Position numbers and translations under genes: made by a program
Shown here: one piece after another, positions 48,838-57,095 of the stretch
Position numbering within the stretch: the stretch's first letter is position 1
How the letters are laid out: each line of letters starts with the position of its first letter
Assembly (NCBI GenBank): GCA_965277285.1
Contig: OZ255721.1
Coordinates: 3,136,001-3,200,000 of the forward strand
Origin: Abditibacteriaceae bacterium
GTDB lineage: Bacteria; Armatimonadota; Abditibacteriia; Abditibacteriales; Abditibacteriaceae
Reading direction: 5' to 3'
DNA: 64,000 nucleotides
The notes under the pieces: model-generated
Told to the model about the DNA's origin: nothing
Database searches by the model: none
The model's input: the letters and a program-made list of their open reading frames with translations, nothing else

Positions 48838-49956
48838 ATGCTCGTCCGCGATTTCGACTACGACTTGCCGCCGGAACTGATCGCGCAAACGCCGGTTCAT
48901 CCGCGCGATGCGGCGCGTTTGCTTCATGTGCAACGTGACAGCGGCGCACTTTCGCACCACGTTTTTGCCGATTTGCCGCAGTTGTTGCGTCCCGATGATT
49001 TGCTGGTTTTTAATGACACGCGCGTTTTGCGTGCTCGATTGCGCGGTTATAAAATCGGGGGAAGCGGACAAAACGGCGCGCGCGTCGAAGCACTTTTGCT
49101 GCGCGAAAAAGAGCGCAACGTGTGGGAAGTTTTGCTGCGTCCTTCGGCGCGATTGAGGATTGGGACGCTGCTCCTTTTTTCCTCGCCCGATGAAAGCGTT
49201 CAAGTGAACGCCACGCCTTTAACACGAATTGACGAAGGTTGGACGCTGCAATTTCTCCCTGAAAATGGCGCGGATGTGCGCGCTTTTTTGCCGCAGTTGG
49301 GCGAAGTTCCTTTGCCGCCTTATATCGCCGCGCGCACCTCGACCGAAGACGATTACCAAACTGTCTACGCGCGTGGCAAGCATCACGATTCACAATCGAG
49401 TACTCGATCCGCAGAAACGCCCATCTTGGAATCATCCGCAGCGCCGACTGCGGGTTTGCATTTCACGCCAGAATTGCTGGAAAATTTGCGTGAACGTGGT
49501 CTGGAACATTGCTTTGTAACGCTGGGAATCGGCATCGGAACCTTTCGCCCGATGCAAAGCGAGAACGTTGAAGAACACGTAATGCACCGCGAAGAATACG
49601 AAGTTTCACCACAAACCGCGCAGAAAATCAACGAGCAAAAAGCGCGCGGCGGGCGCATTGTCGCAGTCGGTACGACGACAGTTCGCGTTCTGGAGTCGGC
49701 AACCGCCGCCAACGGTCAAGTGCGAAGCGGTTGGAATTCGACCGAGATCTTTCTTCGTCCGGGCTGCCAATTTCGCGTGGTCGATGCCTTGATTACCAAC
49801 TTTCATTTGCCGCGCTCGACGCTTTTAGTGATGATCACGGCCTTTGCGCAACAGAAAACGCCCGACGGCTTGGCGCTCGTGCGCGCCGTTTATGAAGAAG
49901 CCGTGCGCGAACGCTATCGTTTTTTCTCGTTCGGCGACGCGATGCTAATCGAATAA
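48838..49956 (+). CDS. queA: SAM:tRNA ribosyltransferase-isomerase
   Basis: FDYDLPPELIAQ, GEVPLPPYI, AAPTAGLHFT, TNFHLPRSTL and YRFFSFGDAM. Confidence 0.97.
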   Translation: MLVRDFDYDLPPELIAQTPVHPRDAARLLHVQRDSGALSHHVFADLPQLLRPDDLLVFNDTRVLRARLRGYKIGGSGQNGARVEALLLREKERNVWEVLLRPSARLRIGTLLLFSSPDESVQVNATPLTRIDEGWTLQFLPENGADVRAFLPQLGEVPLPPYIAARTSTEDDYQTVYARGKHHDSQSSTRSAETPILESSAAPTAGLHFTPELLENLRERGLEHCFVTLGIGIGTFRPMQSENVEEHVMHREEYEVSPQTAQKINEQKARGGRIVAVGTTTVRVLESATAANGQVRSGWNSTEIFLRPGCQFRVVDALITNFHLPRSTLLVMITAFAQQKTPDGLALVRAVYEEAVRERYRFFSFGDAMLIE

Positions 49957-50088
49957 AAAGTTCGTGCGTAAATCAGGTTTTTACTTGTTCAAAGTTGGTG
50001 CAGAAAGTAGGAACAAATCATCGAACTCACACTATATCGTTCTGAGAGGTTGTCAATAAAGTTGTAAAAGGTAGTAAAAAATGCTCGC

Positions 50089-50188
50089 AACTCGCAGTTT
50101 GTCATTCTGATGGGTGCCCTCCGGGCAGTGCGAAAAATCTAACTTCAACCACATTCTTCTCTGTGCTCAGAATGACAAACTGCGAGTT
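50089..50188. repeat. Family B hairpin element
   Basis: aactcgcagtttgtcattctga ... tcagaatgacaaactgcgagtt. Confidence 0.8.
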
Positions 50189-50221
50189 TGATAACGTTTC
50201 AACTTATGCCCTGTAAATGAC

Positions 50222-50656
50222 ATGGATTCTGCTGACGTAACAGAACTCAAAGCAAATTATCGAGCGACGACGGAAACTTTTGCCATGGTTGAAAAAAGCG
50301 ACGCGCAAAACGAATTTGACGAACAACATGACGCAGATGAACCGCTTTCGAGTACTCGTCCGAGTGCGCAAAAACGCGGGCGCCCGTCTCGCAAAACGGG
50401 CGACGAAAAACCGGTGCAACGCGTGCGCTTGCGTGTTGAAACGCGCGCTCAAATGCTGGAGCGTTTGACGAATCCGCAGATTTCGTTGCACGAAGCGAGC
50501 GTGATCTTGGACGTTTGTTCGGCCACCGTGCGCCATTATGCGGACGACGGAAAACTCGCGCACACGCGCACAACAGGCGGACAACGCCGCTTCCGCCTGC
50601 GCGAAGTGCTGGCTCTGGGGCGCGTGATGGAAGCCAGAAAACGCAAGCGACGCTGA
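50222..50656 (+). CDS. Excisionase/BldC-like helix-turn-helix DNA-binding protein
   Basis: ISLHEASVILDVCSATVRHYADDGKL..RTTGGQRRF. Confidence 0.85.
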   Translation: MDSADVTELKANYRATTETFAMVEKSDAQNEFDEQHDADEPLSSTRPSAQKRGRPSRKTGDEKPVQRVRLRVETRAQMLERLTNPQISLHEASVILDVCSATVRHYADDGKLAHTRTTGGQRRFRLREVLALGRVMEARKRKRR

Positions 50657-50713
50657 AGCCTTTGAACGTTTGGCGCACGAGTTTCTTATATCGAGTACTG
50701 GATATAAAAACTC

Positions 50714-51361
50714 ATGGCGCGCATCTTTGGTCAAGAATGGAGTGAACTGGATATGAAAGCGTCTGAAATTTATCAACGCCATTATGATGACGAACCTGAT
50801 TGGCAGCAAGCGGAAGACGCTTTGTTTGATGAAAGTTGTGACACAATTCGCCGCTTTGCTCTTGAACATCCCGAATGCCTTTGCGCATTTTTCGCTTTCG
50901 ATTGCGACGCGGTTTATGGCGACGTGAATATGAATTTTGATTCAGCGCAAAATGGCTTCGCGGAGGGTAAAAAATATCAGAACTATTCTGTAAAAGGTCG
51001 AAAAGAAAAGTTGGTGGATGAGGATTCTTGGCGGTGGGCGCAGGCCTATTTTGCCCTTTCTATGGTCGAACACTCTATTAGTGTGTCCGATTTTGAATTC
51101 TCTTTGTATGGAGAAAAGCGGTTTCGTGATTGGGAAATGTTCGCTTTTAGTTCGTGCTATCCGAAAAGAGAACGAGATGAAGACGCTGATTATTTGACAG
51201 GTCATGTCACGCTGGTATTATGGCGTGTCTTGGAGCGTCTTCACGATGCTAAAATCTTTGAGCATCTCAATTTGGCTTCTCCTTTTCGTCTGGGCTATGA
51301 ATACCACGACGATGCACGCGGTCTTGTCGTCGCGCGGATTATGAATTGGACGCAGCCTTGA
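50714..51361 (+). CDS. Hypothetical protein (DUF4303-like)
   Basis: Acidic 215-aa ORF with FFAFDCD and GYEYHDD. Family recognised by eye only. Confidence 0.65.
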   Translation: MARIFGQEWSELDMKASEIYQRHYDDEPDWQQAEDALFDESCDTIRRFALEHPECLCAFFAFDCDAVYGDVNMNFDSAQNGFAEGKKYQNYSVKGRKEKLVDEDSWRWAQAYFALSMVEHSISVSDFEFSLYGEKRFRDWEMFAFSSCYPKRERDEDADYLTGHVTLVLWRVLERLHDAKIFEHLNLASPFRLGYEYHDDARGLVVARIMNWTQP

Positions 51362-51367
51362 AAGCAG

Positions 51368-51396
51368 ATGACAACGCTTGATGCTTGTAGTAAAAT
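51368..51396 (+). promoter_or_regulatory. Sigma70-type promoter for the tRNA-Ser/ffs cluster
   Basis: ATGACA-N17-TAAAAT, 8 nt before the first tRNA. Confidence 0.65.
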
Positions 51397-51404
51397 GTTT
51401 CGAC

Positions 51405-51494
51405 GGACAGATGGCCGAGTGGTTGAAGGCGATAGTCTCGAAAACTATTGTACACGTAAGTGTATCGGGGGTTCGAATCCCTCTCTGTCCGCCA
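51405..51494 (+). tRNA. tRNA-Ser(CGA)
   Basis: GGACAGA/TCTGTCC acceptor stem, anticodon arm atagt-CTCGAAA-actat, long variable arm, GGTTCGAATCC and encoded CCA. Confidence 0.96.
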
Positions 51495-51496
51495 GC

Positions 51497-51576
51497 AAAA
51501 AGTTCTCAATTTTGAATTCTTAGTTTTGAATTGGACATCCTAACTCAAAACTAAGAATTCAAAATTGAGAACTTTT
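51497..51576. repeat. AT-rich inverted heptamer array (long hairpin) between the tRNAs
   Basis: aaaagttctcaattttgaattcttagttttga ... tcaaaactaagaattcaaaattgagaactttt. Confidence 0.85.
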
Positions 51577-51580
51577 GTTT

Positions 51581-51668
51581 GGACAGGTGTCCGAGTGGTT
51601 TAAGGAGCACGACTGGAACTCGTGTGGGTGTAACAGCCTCGTGGGTTCGAATCCCACCCTGTCCGCCA
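51581..51668 (+). tRNA. tRNA-Ser(GGA)
   Basis: GGACAGG/CCTGTCC acceptor stem, cacga-CTGGAAC-tcgtg, long variable arm and CCA. Confidence 0.96.
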
Positions 51669-51670
51669 TT

Positions 51671-51743
51671 GAATTTTAAGTTTTAAATTCTTAATTTTGA
51701 ATTGTTTTTAAACTCAAAATTAAGAATTTAAAATTAAGAATTC
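51671..51743. repeat. AT-rich inverted heptamer array
   Basis: gaattttaagttttaaattcttaattttga ... tcaaaattaagaatttaaaattaagaattc. Confidence 0.8.
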
Positions 51744-51750
51744 TTCTTTT

Positions 51751-52020
51751 TGGTTGCGCTAAGCGGGGAGATAGCGGTGCCCTGAATCTGCAATCCGCTC
51801 AGCAGAGCCGAATTCCTGCGCTACGGCCCCATCTTGTGAAGCTGGGCGAAACACGGAACATTGAGGAGCGGGTCCTATGCGACGGCGCGATGTGAACCTC
51901 GCCAGGGCCGGAAGGCAGCAACGATAAGCGTTTAGCGTCGTGCGCCGTAGGTCGCCTGCTCTGAGCCACCGATTTCGATTCCGTTCGGAAGATGCCGGTC
52001 AAAGCGCGGGTGCGCAGCCA
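51751..52020 (+). ncRNA. ffs: Large-type bacterial SRP RNA (with Alu domain)
   Basis: The ends tggttgcgc and gcgcagcca pair. Alu-like gctaagcggggag..gcggtgccctg..ctgcaatccgct and domain IV CCAGGGCCGGAAGGCAGCA. Upstream of dnaX. Confidence 0.93.
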
Positions 52021-52029
52021 ATCCTTTTC

Positions 52030-52130
52030 GGAATGATGAATGATGAATACGGAATGATGAAGTTCGAGTACTCGATAGCGCGATGAGTGCAACGAAGATT
52101 CATCATTCATCATTCCGTATTCATCATTTC
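52030..52130. repeat. Inverted GAATGAT heptamer array with a palindrome copy in the loop
   Basis: ggaatgatgaatgatgaatacggaatgatgaa-g-TTCGAGTACTCGAT ... ttcatcattcatcattccgtattcatcatt. Confidence 0.85.
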
Positions 52131-52139
52131 TCTTCTGCC

Positions 52140-54146
52140 ATGTCTCTCTACCGCAAATATCGCCCGCAAACTTTTGACGATTTGGTCGGGCAAGAGCACA
52201 TCGCGCAAACCTTGCGCAACGCTCTTTCGTCCGACCCGCTCCGCGTCGCGCACGCTTACCTTTTCGTCGGGCCGCGCGGTACGGGCAAAACCACCTCCGC
52301 CCGCCTGCTCGCCAAATGCCTCAATTGTGAGCAAGGCCCAAAGCCCCATCCCTGCAACCAGTGCGACTTTTGCGTCCGTGTCAGCAACAATCAAGTCACG
52401 ATGGACTTGATCGAAATGGACGCCGCCAGTAACCGCAGCATTGACGACGCGCGCGACATCAACGCCAACGTCAACGTCGCGCCAGCTCAAGGTCGCTATC
52501 GCGTTTATATCATTGACGAAGCGCACATGCTGACCAAAGAAGCCTTCAACGCGCTGCTCAAAACCATCGAAGAACCGCCGCCGCATCTGGTTTTCGTCTT
52601 TGCCACCACCGAAGCCGACAAAGTTCCGCAAACGATTACAAGCCGTTGTCAGCGCTTCGATTTTCGCCGCGTCACGCCCAACGACATCGTCAGTCGCTTG
52701 ATGTATGTCGCGCAAAACGAAAACCTCCAACTTCAACCTGAAGCCGCGCGATTGATCGCGCAAACAGCGGACGGCGCCTTGCGCGATTCCTTGACTTTGC
52801 TCGAACAAGTCTCGGCGTTTTCTGCGGAAGAAATCACCGAAAGTGATGTGCGTTTGGTTTTGGGCACGGTTTCGCGTGAATTGTTGCTCGATTTGGTGGA
52901 CGCGATTGCCGACCAAGACGCGACATCGGCTTTGCGACAAGTCGAGACGGCGACCGAAGAAGGCGTCAGCTTCTCGCAATTAACGCGCGATTTAACAAGC
53001 TATTGCCGCGATTTGCTTTTATTAACAGTCGGCTTTGAAGACAACGGTACTTTGACGGAAAACGAACGCGCGCGACGTCGAGAGCACGCGAATAAAATCG
53101 GGCGCGAGCGTTTGACGCGTTGCGTGGAAAGTTTGCGTCTGGCCGAAAAAGAAATGCGCCAGAGCACGGATCATCGCTTGTTGCTCGAACTCACGTTGGT
53201 GCGCCTAACCGCCAATATCGAGTACTCGAATGCTGCATCTACGAACCTTGCGCCGCAATTGCAGAAAGTCGCGCCGGTTTCAAATGCCGCAGTTTTTAAT
53301 AATGCGGTTGCGAACAACGCGCCGCGTCCGGTGTGGAAGCAGCCTTCTGTTGAACCAAAAACCGAGCCACGATTTGCAGAAGCGCCGCCGAAAGTTGTTG
53401 CGGAAAGTAATGGCATCGCGCCGAAGACTGATGTCGAACCGATAGTGGCGCCCGCTTTTACGCTGTTGGAAAGCGCCGGGCGAATTGTTGAAGCGCCCGT
53501 TGAAACCATCGAAGCTATTGAAAGTGATGATGCGCCGTCAAACGGTGCGCCATTAGAAGAATCAAGTACTCGAATGCGCATCGAAAGCAGCGAAGCGCCT
53601 CAAATTGAAGAAGAAACGGCGTTGCCAAATGAAAATGTTGCGCTGATTTCCGAAGCGACGGCAACCGAAGCGAATACAACTGAAGCGAATACGGCTGAAG
53701 AATCATCAACAGCGACGAATGCGGCAGCAGCGAGCGCGGCAGCGTCGAAGAAGAAAGGGCGACGCATTCACGATTTGGGCGAACTGATCGAGTTGTGGCC
53801 AGCGGTTTTGGCGCGCGTCAAGCGCAAAATTGGCGTCACGGCGGTCGCTTATCTGCACGATGCGCAGCCGGTGGCGATGGACGACAAAACCGCGACGCTG
53901 GAGTTCCAGAAAGAGTTTCACTACGAAAAAGCGAAGGAAGCCGCCGGTCGCTTGCCCTTCGAGCAGGTCGTGAACGAGTGTATGGCGACGCCGCGCAGCT
54001 TGAAGTTTCGCTGGAATCCGCCGGGCAAAGCCGCTGTTGTGGAAGACGTTCCGCCGCCGCCGGACGACGATGACGACGACGATGTGGTGCGACTGGCGCA
54101 GGATATGTTCGGCGCCGAAGTTGTCGGGCGTTCGGGCGAAGTATAA
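52140..54146 (+). CDS. dnaX: DNA polymerase III subunit gamma/tau
   Basis: LYRKYRPQTF, GPRGTGKTT, IDEAHML, FNALLKTIEEPP and SRCQRF. Confidence 0.97.
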   Translation: MSLYRKYRPQTFDDLVGQEHIAQTLRNALSSDPLRVAHAYLFVGPRGTGKTTSARLLAKCLNCEQGPKPHPCNQCDFCVRVSNNQVTMDLIEMDAASNRSIDDARDINANVNVAPAQGRYRVYIIDEAHMLTKEAFNALLKTIEEPPPHLVFVFATTEADKVPQTITSRCQRFDFRRVTPNDIVSRLMYVAQNENLQLQPEAARLIAQTADGALRDSLTLLEQVSAFSAEEITESDVRLVLGTVSRELLLDLVDAIADQDATSALRQVETATEEGVSFSQLTRDLTSYCRDLLLLTVGFEDNGTLTENERARRREHANKIGRERLTRCVESLRLAEKEMRQSTDHRLLLELTLVRLTANIEYSNAASTNLAPQLQKVAPVSNAAVFNNAVANNAPRPVWKQPSVEPKTEPRFAEAPPKVVAESNGIAPKTDVEPIVAPAFTLLESAGRIVEAPVETIEAIESDDAPSNGAPLEESSTRMRIESSEAPQIEEETALPNENVALISEATATEANTTEANTAEESSTATNAAAASAAASKKKGRRIHDLGELIELWPAVLARVKRKIGVTAVAYLHDAQPVAMDDKTATLEFQKEFHYEKAKEAAGRLPFEQVVNECMATPRSLKFRWNPPGKAAVVEDVPPPPDDDDDDDVVRLAQDMFGAEVVGRSGEV

Positions 54147-54208
54147 TTAAATGTCGGTTTCGCTATTTTGAAATCGAGTACTCAACAACACAATCAAAGG
54201 TTACTCTT

Positions 54209-54541
54209 ATGAATATCCCCGGTTTGGGCAATTTGCAAAAGCAGATGCAGAAGATGCAAGAAGATATGATGAAGGCGCAGGACGAACTGGACGCCGACCG
54301 CTTGGAAACGAGCGCAGGCGGCGGCATGGTTCACGTTGTGACGAGCGGCATGGGCGAGATTTTGGAAATCAAAATCGCACCGGAAGTCGTTGACCCCAAC
54401 GATGTCGAAATGCTGCAAGACTTGGTGACAACCGCTGTGCGCGACGCCTTGAAGAAAGCGCAAGATCATCACACTGAGCGCATGAGCGGCATCACCGGCG
54501 GCATCGCGGGCAAACTGCCTGGACTTGGCTTTCCGATGTAA
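54209..54541 (+). CDS. ybaB: YbaB/EbfC nucleoid-associated protein
   Basis: QMQKMQE, SAGGGMV and DVEMLQDLV; dnaX-ybaB-recR synteny. Confidence 0.95.
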   Translation: MNIPGLGNLQKQMQKMQEDMMKAQDELDADRLETSAGGGMVHVVTSGMGEILEIKIAPEVVDPNDVEMLQDLVTTAVRDALKKAQDHHTERMSGITGGIAGKLPGLGFPM

Positions 54542-54557
54542 TCTGGTCGTCGCCAAC

Positions 54558-54637
54558 GAACCCGAAGCGTCAGCGACGGGCTGGATTGACAGTTTGTTGT
54601 AATTTCAAATTCAGCCCGTCGCTTACGCTCTGGGTTC
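54558..54637. repeat. REP-doublet hairpin (family A)
   Basis: gaacccgaagcgtcagcgacgggctg ... cagcccgtcgcttacgctctgggttc. Confidence 0.85.
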
Positions 54638-54693
54638 TTTTCAATCGAGTACTCGACTGGCACTTTTCCATCGCTCGTTCGTCGTTTGAAACC

Positions 54694-55293
54694 ATGATTT
54701 ACTACGCGCGACCGTTGTCGCAATTGCTGGAACAATTGGAAAAATTGCCGGGCATCGGGCCGAAATCGGCGCAGCGTTTGGCGTTTCACATCTTGCGAGC
54801 GCCGCGCGAAGAAACCGAAATGCTGGCGCAAGCCGTCCGCGATGTGCGCGACAAAATCAAGCCGTGCGCGCGCTGCGGCAACTTCACCGACGAAGATGTT
54901 TGCGACATTTGTCTCGATCCGCGCCGCGATAGTGCGCTGTTGTGCATCGTCGCCGAGCCGCGCGACTTGATGGCGATCGAAAGTTCGGGCGAGTTTCGCG
55001 GACGCTATCACGTTCTGGGCGGCGTGATGAGTCCGATTGAAGGCATTGGGCCGGATCAACTCAGCGTCGCGCCTTTGATGAAACGCTTGGGCGACGAGAA
55101 CATCAGTGAAGCCGTGTTAGCGCTGTCGCCCACAGTCGAAGGTGAAACGACTTCCAATTATCTGGCGAATTTGCTCAAGCCGCGCGGCATTCGCACTACG
55201 CAACTGGCGCGTGGGTTGCCATTTGGCGGCGATTTGGATTACGCCGATCAGATGACAATCGCCGGAGCGTTGCGCGGTCGCCGCGATTTTTAA
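54694..55293 (+). CDS. recR: Recombination mediator RecR
   Basis: LPGIGPKSAQRLAF, a C4 zinc finger, YHVLGG, EGETT and GGDLDYAD. Confidence 0.97.
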   Translation: MIYYARPLSQLLEQLEKLPGIGPKSAQRLAFHILRAPREETEMLAQAVRDVRDKIKPCARCGNFTDEDVCDICLDPRRDSALLCIVAEPRDLMAIESSGEFRGRYHVLGGVMSPIEGIGPDQLSVAPLMKRLGDENISEAVLALSPTVEGETTSNYLANLLKPRGIRTTQLARGLPFGGDLDYADQMTIAGALRGRRDF

Positions 55294-55298
55294 AAATT

Positions 55299-55478
55299 AA
55301 CTGCAGAGACACAGAAGACACAGAGATTTTTAGGGAAGAATTGTCGTGCGAGTTTGTCATTCTGAGTGAAGCGAAGAATCTATACGTCAAGTCAGATTCT
55401 TCGCTTCACCCAGAATGACAAACTCTTATTTTCGAGTACTCGACTTCTTTTCTCTGTGTCCTCTGTGTCTTTGTGGTT
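55299..55478. repeat. Nested element: family C hairpin enclosing a family B hairpin (55350-55425) and a palindrome copy
   Basis: cagagacacagaagacacagag [gagtttgtcattctgagtgaagcgaagaatct..agattcttcgcttcacccagaatgacaaactc] TTCGAGTACTCGA ctctgtgtcctctgtgtctttgtggtt. Confidence 0.8.
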
Positions 55479-55499
55479 CAAAAAGAAGGTCAAATTATC

Positions 55500-56414
55500 A
55501 TGTCAGAAAACAATGGAGCCGCTTTGAACGGCGATCAGAAATCAACGTTTCGCACCAAAGTCGGGTTGGCGGAAATGCTTAAAGGCGGCGTCATCATGGA
55601 CGTGGTAACGCCCGAGCAAGCGATTATCGCTGAAGAAGCGGGCGCGGTCGCGGTGATGGCGCTGGAGCGCGTGCCGAGCGATATTCGCAAGGAAGGCGGC
55701 GTCGCGCGCATGACGAGCCTGAACTTGATCAAAGAAATTCAAAGCGCTGTGACAATTCCTGTGATGGCGAAAGTGCGCATCGGGCATTTCGTCGAAGCGC
55801 AGATTTTGCAACAACTCGCCGTCGATTTCATTGACGAAAGCGAAGTCTTGACGCCCGCCGACGAACTTTATCACATCGACAAGCACAACTTTCGCGTGCC
55901 TTTTGTGTGCGGTTGCCGCGATTTGGGCGAAGCGTTGCGCCGCATCGGTGAAGGCGCCGCAATGATTCGCACCAAAGGCGAAGCCGGAAGCGGCAACATC
56001 GTCGAAGCCGTGCGGCACTTGCGCGAAGTTCATGGCCATATTCGTCGCTTGAAGAACATGGCGAAAGACGAACTGATGACCGAAGCGAAAAACCTGGGCG
56101 CGCCGTACGATTTGGTGTGCGAAGTCGCGCGCCTGGGCAAGTTGCCGGTGCCGAACTTCAGCGCGGGCGGCGTGGCGACTCCGGCTGACGCGGCGTTGAT
56201 GATGCAGTTGGGAGCGGAAGCGGTTTTCGTCGGCAGCGGCATTTTCAAGAGCGGCGATCCGGCAGAACGCGGGCGCGCCATTGTCGATGCGACGACGTTT
56301 TTCAACGATCCCGCGAAACTCGTCGAATGCTCAATGAACCTGGGCAACCCGATGGCTGGCCTTGATATTCGCCAGATGGCCGAAAGCGAAAAGATGTCGA
56401 CGCGCGGCTGGTAA
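55500..56414 (+). CDS. pdxS: PLP synthase lyase subunit
   Basis: [32 protein letters not shown] and [11 protein letters not shown]. Confidence 0.97.
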   Translation: MSENNGAALNGDQKSTFRTKVGLAEMLKGGVIMDVVTPEQAIIAEEAGAVAVMALERVPSDIRKEGGVARMTSLNLIKEIQSAVTIPVMAKVRIGHFVEAQILQQLAVDFIDESEVLTPADELYHIDKHNFRVPFVCGCRDLGEALRRIGEGAAMIRTKGEAGSGNIVEAVRHLREVHGHIRRLKNMAKDELMTEAKNLGAPYDLVCEVARLGKLPVPNFSAGGVATPADAALMMQLGAEAVFVGSGIFKSGDPAERGRAIVDATTFFNDPAKLVECSMNLGNPMAGLDIRQMAESEKMSTRGW

Positions 56415-56443
56415 AGCGACGGATCGAGTACTCGATTGACAAG

Positions 56444-56481
56444 GAAACGGCGCTCTGCTTTCATTAGTAGGGCGCCGTTTC
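56444..56481. terminator. Hairpin between convergent genes
   Basis: gaaacggcgctctgct-ttcatt-agtagggcgccgtttc. Confidence 0.6.
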
Positions 56482-57030
56482 TGAGGCTGTTGTGCCGAAG
56501 AAAACGCGCGCTGTTCGCCCGTTTGGTTCGTAAAAGAGCCAATGATTTCCACCAAACCCTGTGTTGGCCTGATGGTAAATCTGAGTCTGCGGCTTGATTT
56601 CTGTGCTGAACCAACTTGGCGGCGATTGCCAGTTTTGCACGTCGCAAAATTTTCTCTCATTCTGTGAAAGCAGAGTGAGCCTTTTGTTTGTCAGCTTAGC
56701 CATTGTCGCTGGCGAAGCTTGGAAGCTCAAAAATGTCGGCTCCTCTTGCTCTTCTTCTCGTGACAAGTCTTGCCCTTTCAGATTTTGGATTTGCGATGTC
56801 GGCTGAGTGTTGAAGACCGAAGAAAAGATCTCTTTGGAGTTGTCTTCGATAGACCAAGACGAAGAAATGAAAGTGCAAATAAACGGAAAAGCAACTACGA
56901 AAAATGGCAAGGCGAAAACCGTTGCGCGAGCATAATGCTTTTTTGCTGCGGCGTTAATGAGGTTCTCAAAGAGCTTTATCGAAAAAATCCCCACAATTAT
57001 CGTTGCGAAAAGCCATAACATTATGAACAT
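56464..57030 (-). CDS. Hypothetical membrane protein
   Basis: Two N-terminal TM helices. GGGAGG RBS; AT-richer than its neighbours. Confidence 0.7.
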   Translation of the reverse strand: MFIMLWLFATIIVGIFSIKLFENLINAAAKKHYARATVFALPFFVVAFPFICTFISSSWSIEDNSKEIFSSVFNTQPTSQIQNLKGQDLSREEEQEEPTFLSFQASPATMAKLTNKRLTLLSQNERKFCDVQNWQSPPSWFSTEIKPQTQIYHQANTGFGGNHWLFYEPNGRTARVFFGTTASETAPY

Positions 57031-57095
57031 ACAAGCGCCTCCCTTACACATCCTATAATAGGAATACGAACACAACAATCGAGTACTCGATCTTT

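Noticed and set aside
50222..51668. Prophage or ICE integrated at tRNA-Ser
   Set aside because: There is no integrase, no duplicated tRNA 3' end and no phage genes; only an HTH gene and one hypothetical gene.
52140..54146. Programmed frameshift site in dnaX
   Set aside because: I saw no A-AAA-AAG heptamer or long poly-A slippage tract.
54209..54541. YbaB/EbfC as the palindrome-binding protein
   Set aside because: It is near-universal in dnaX-recR synteny, and its reported preference is GTnAC rather than GTAC. Nothing here links it to the motif.
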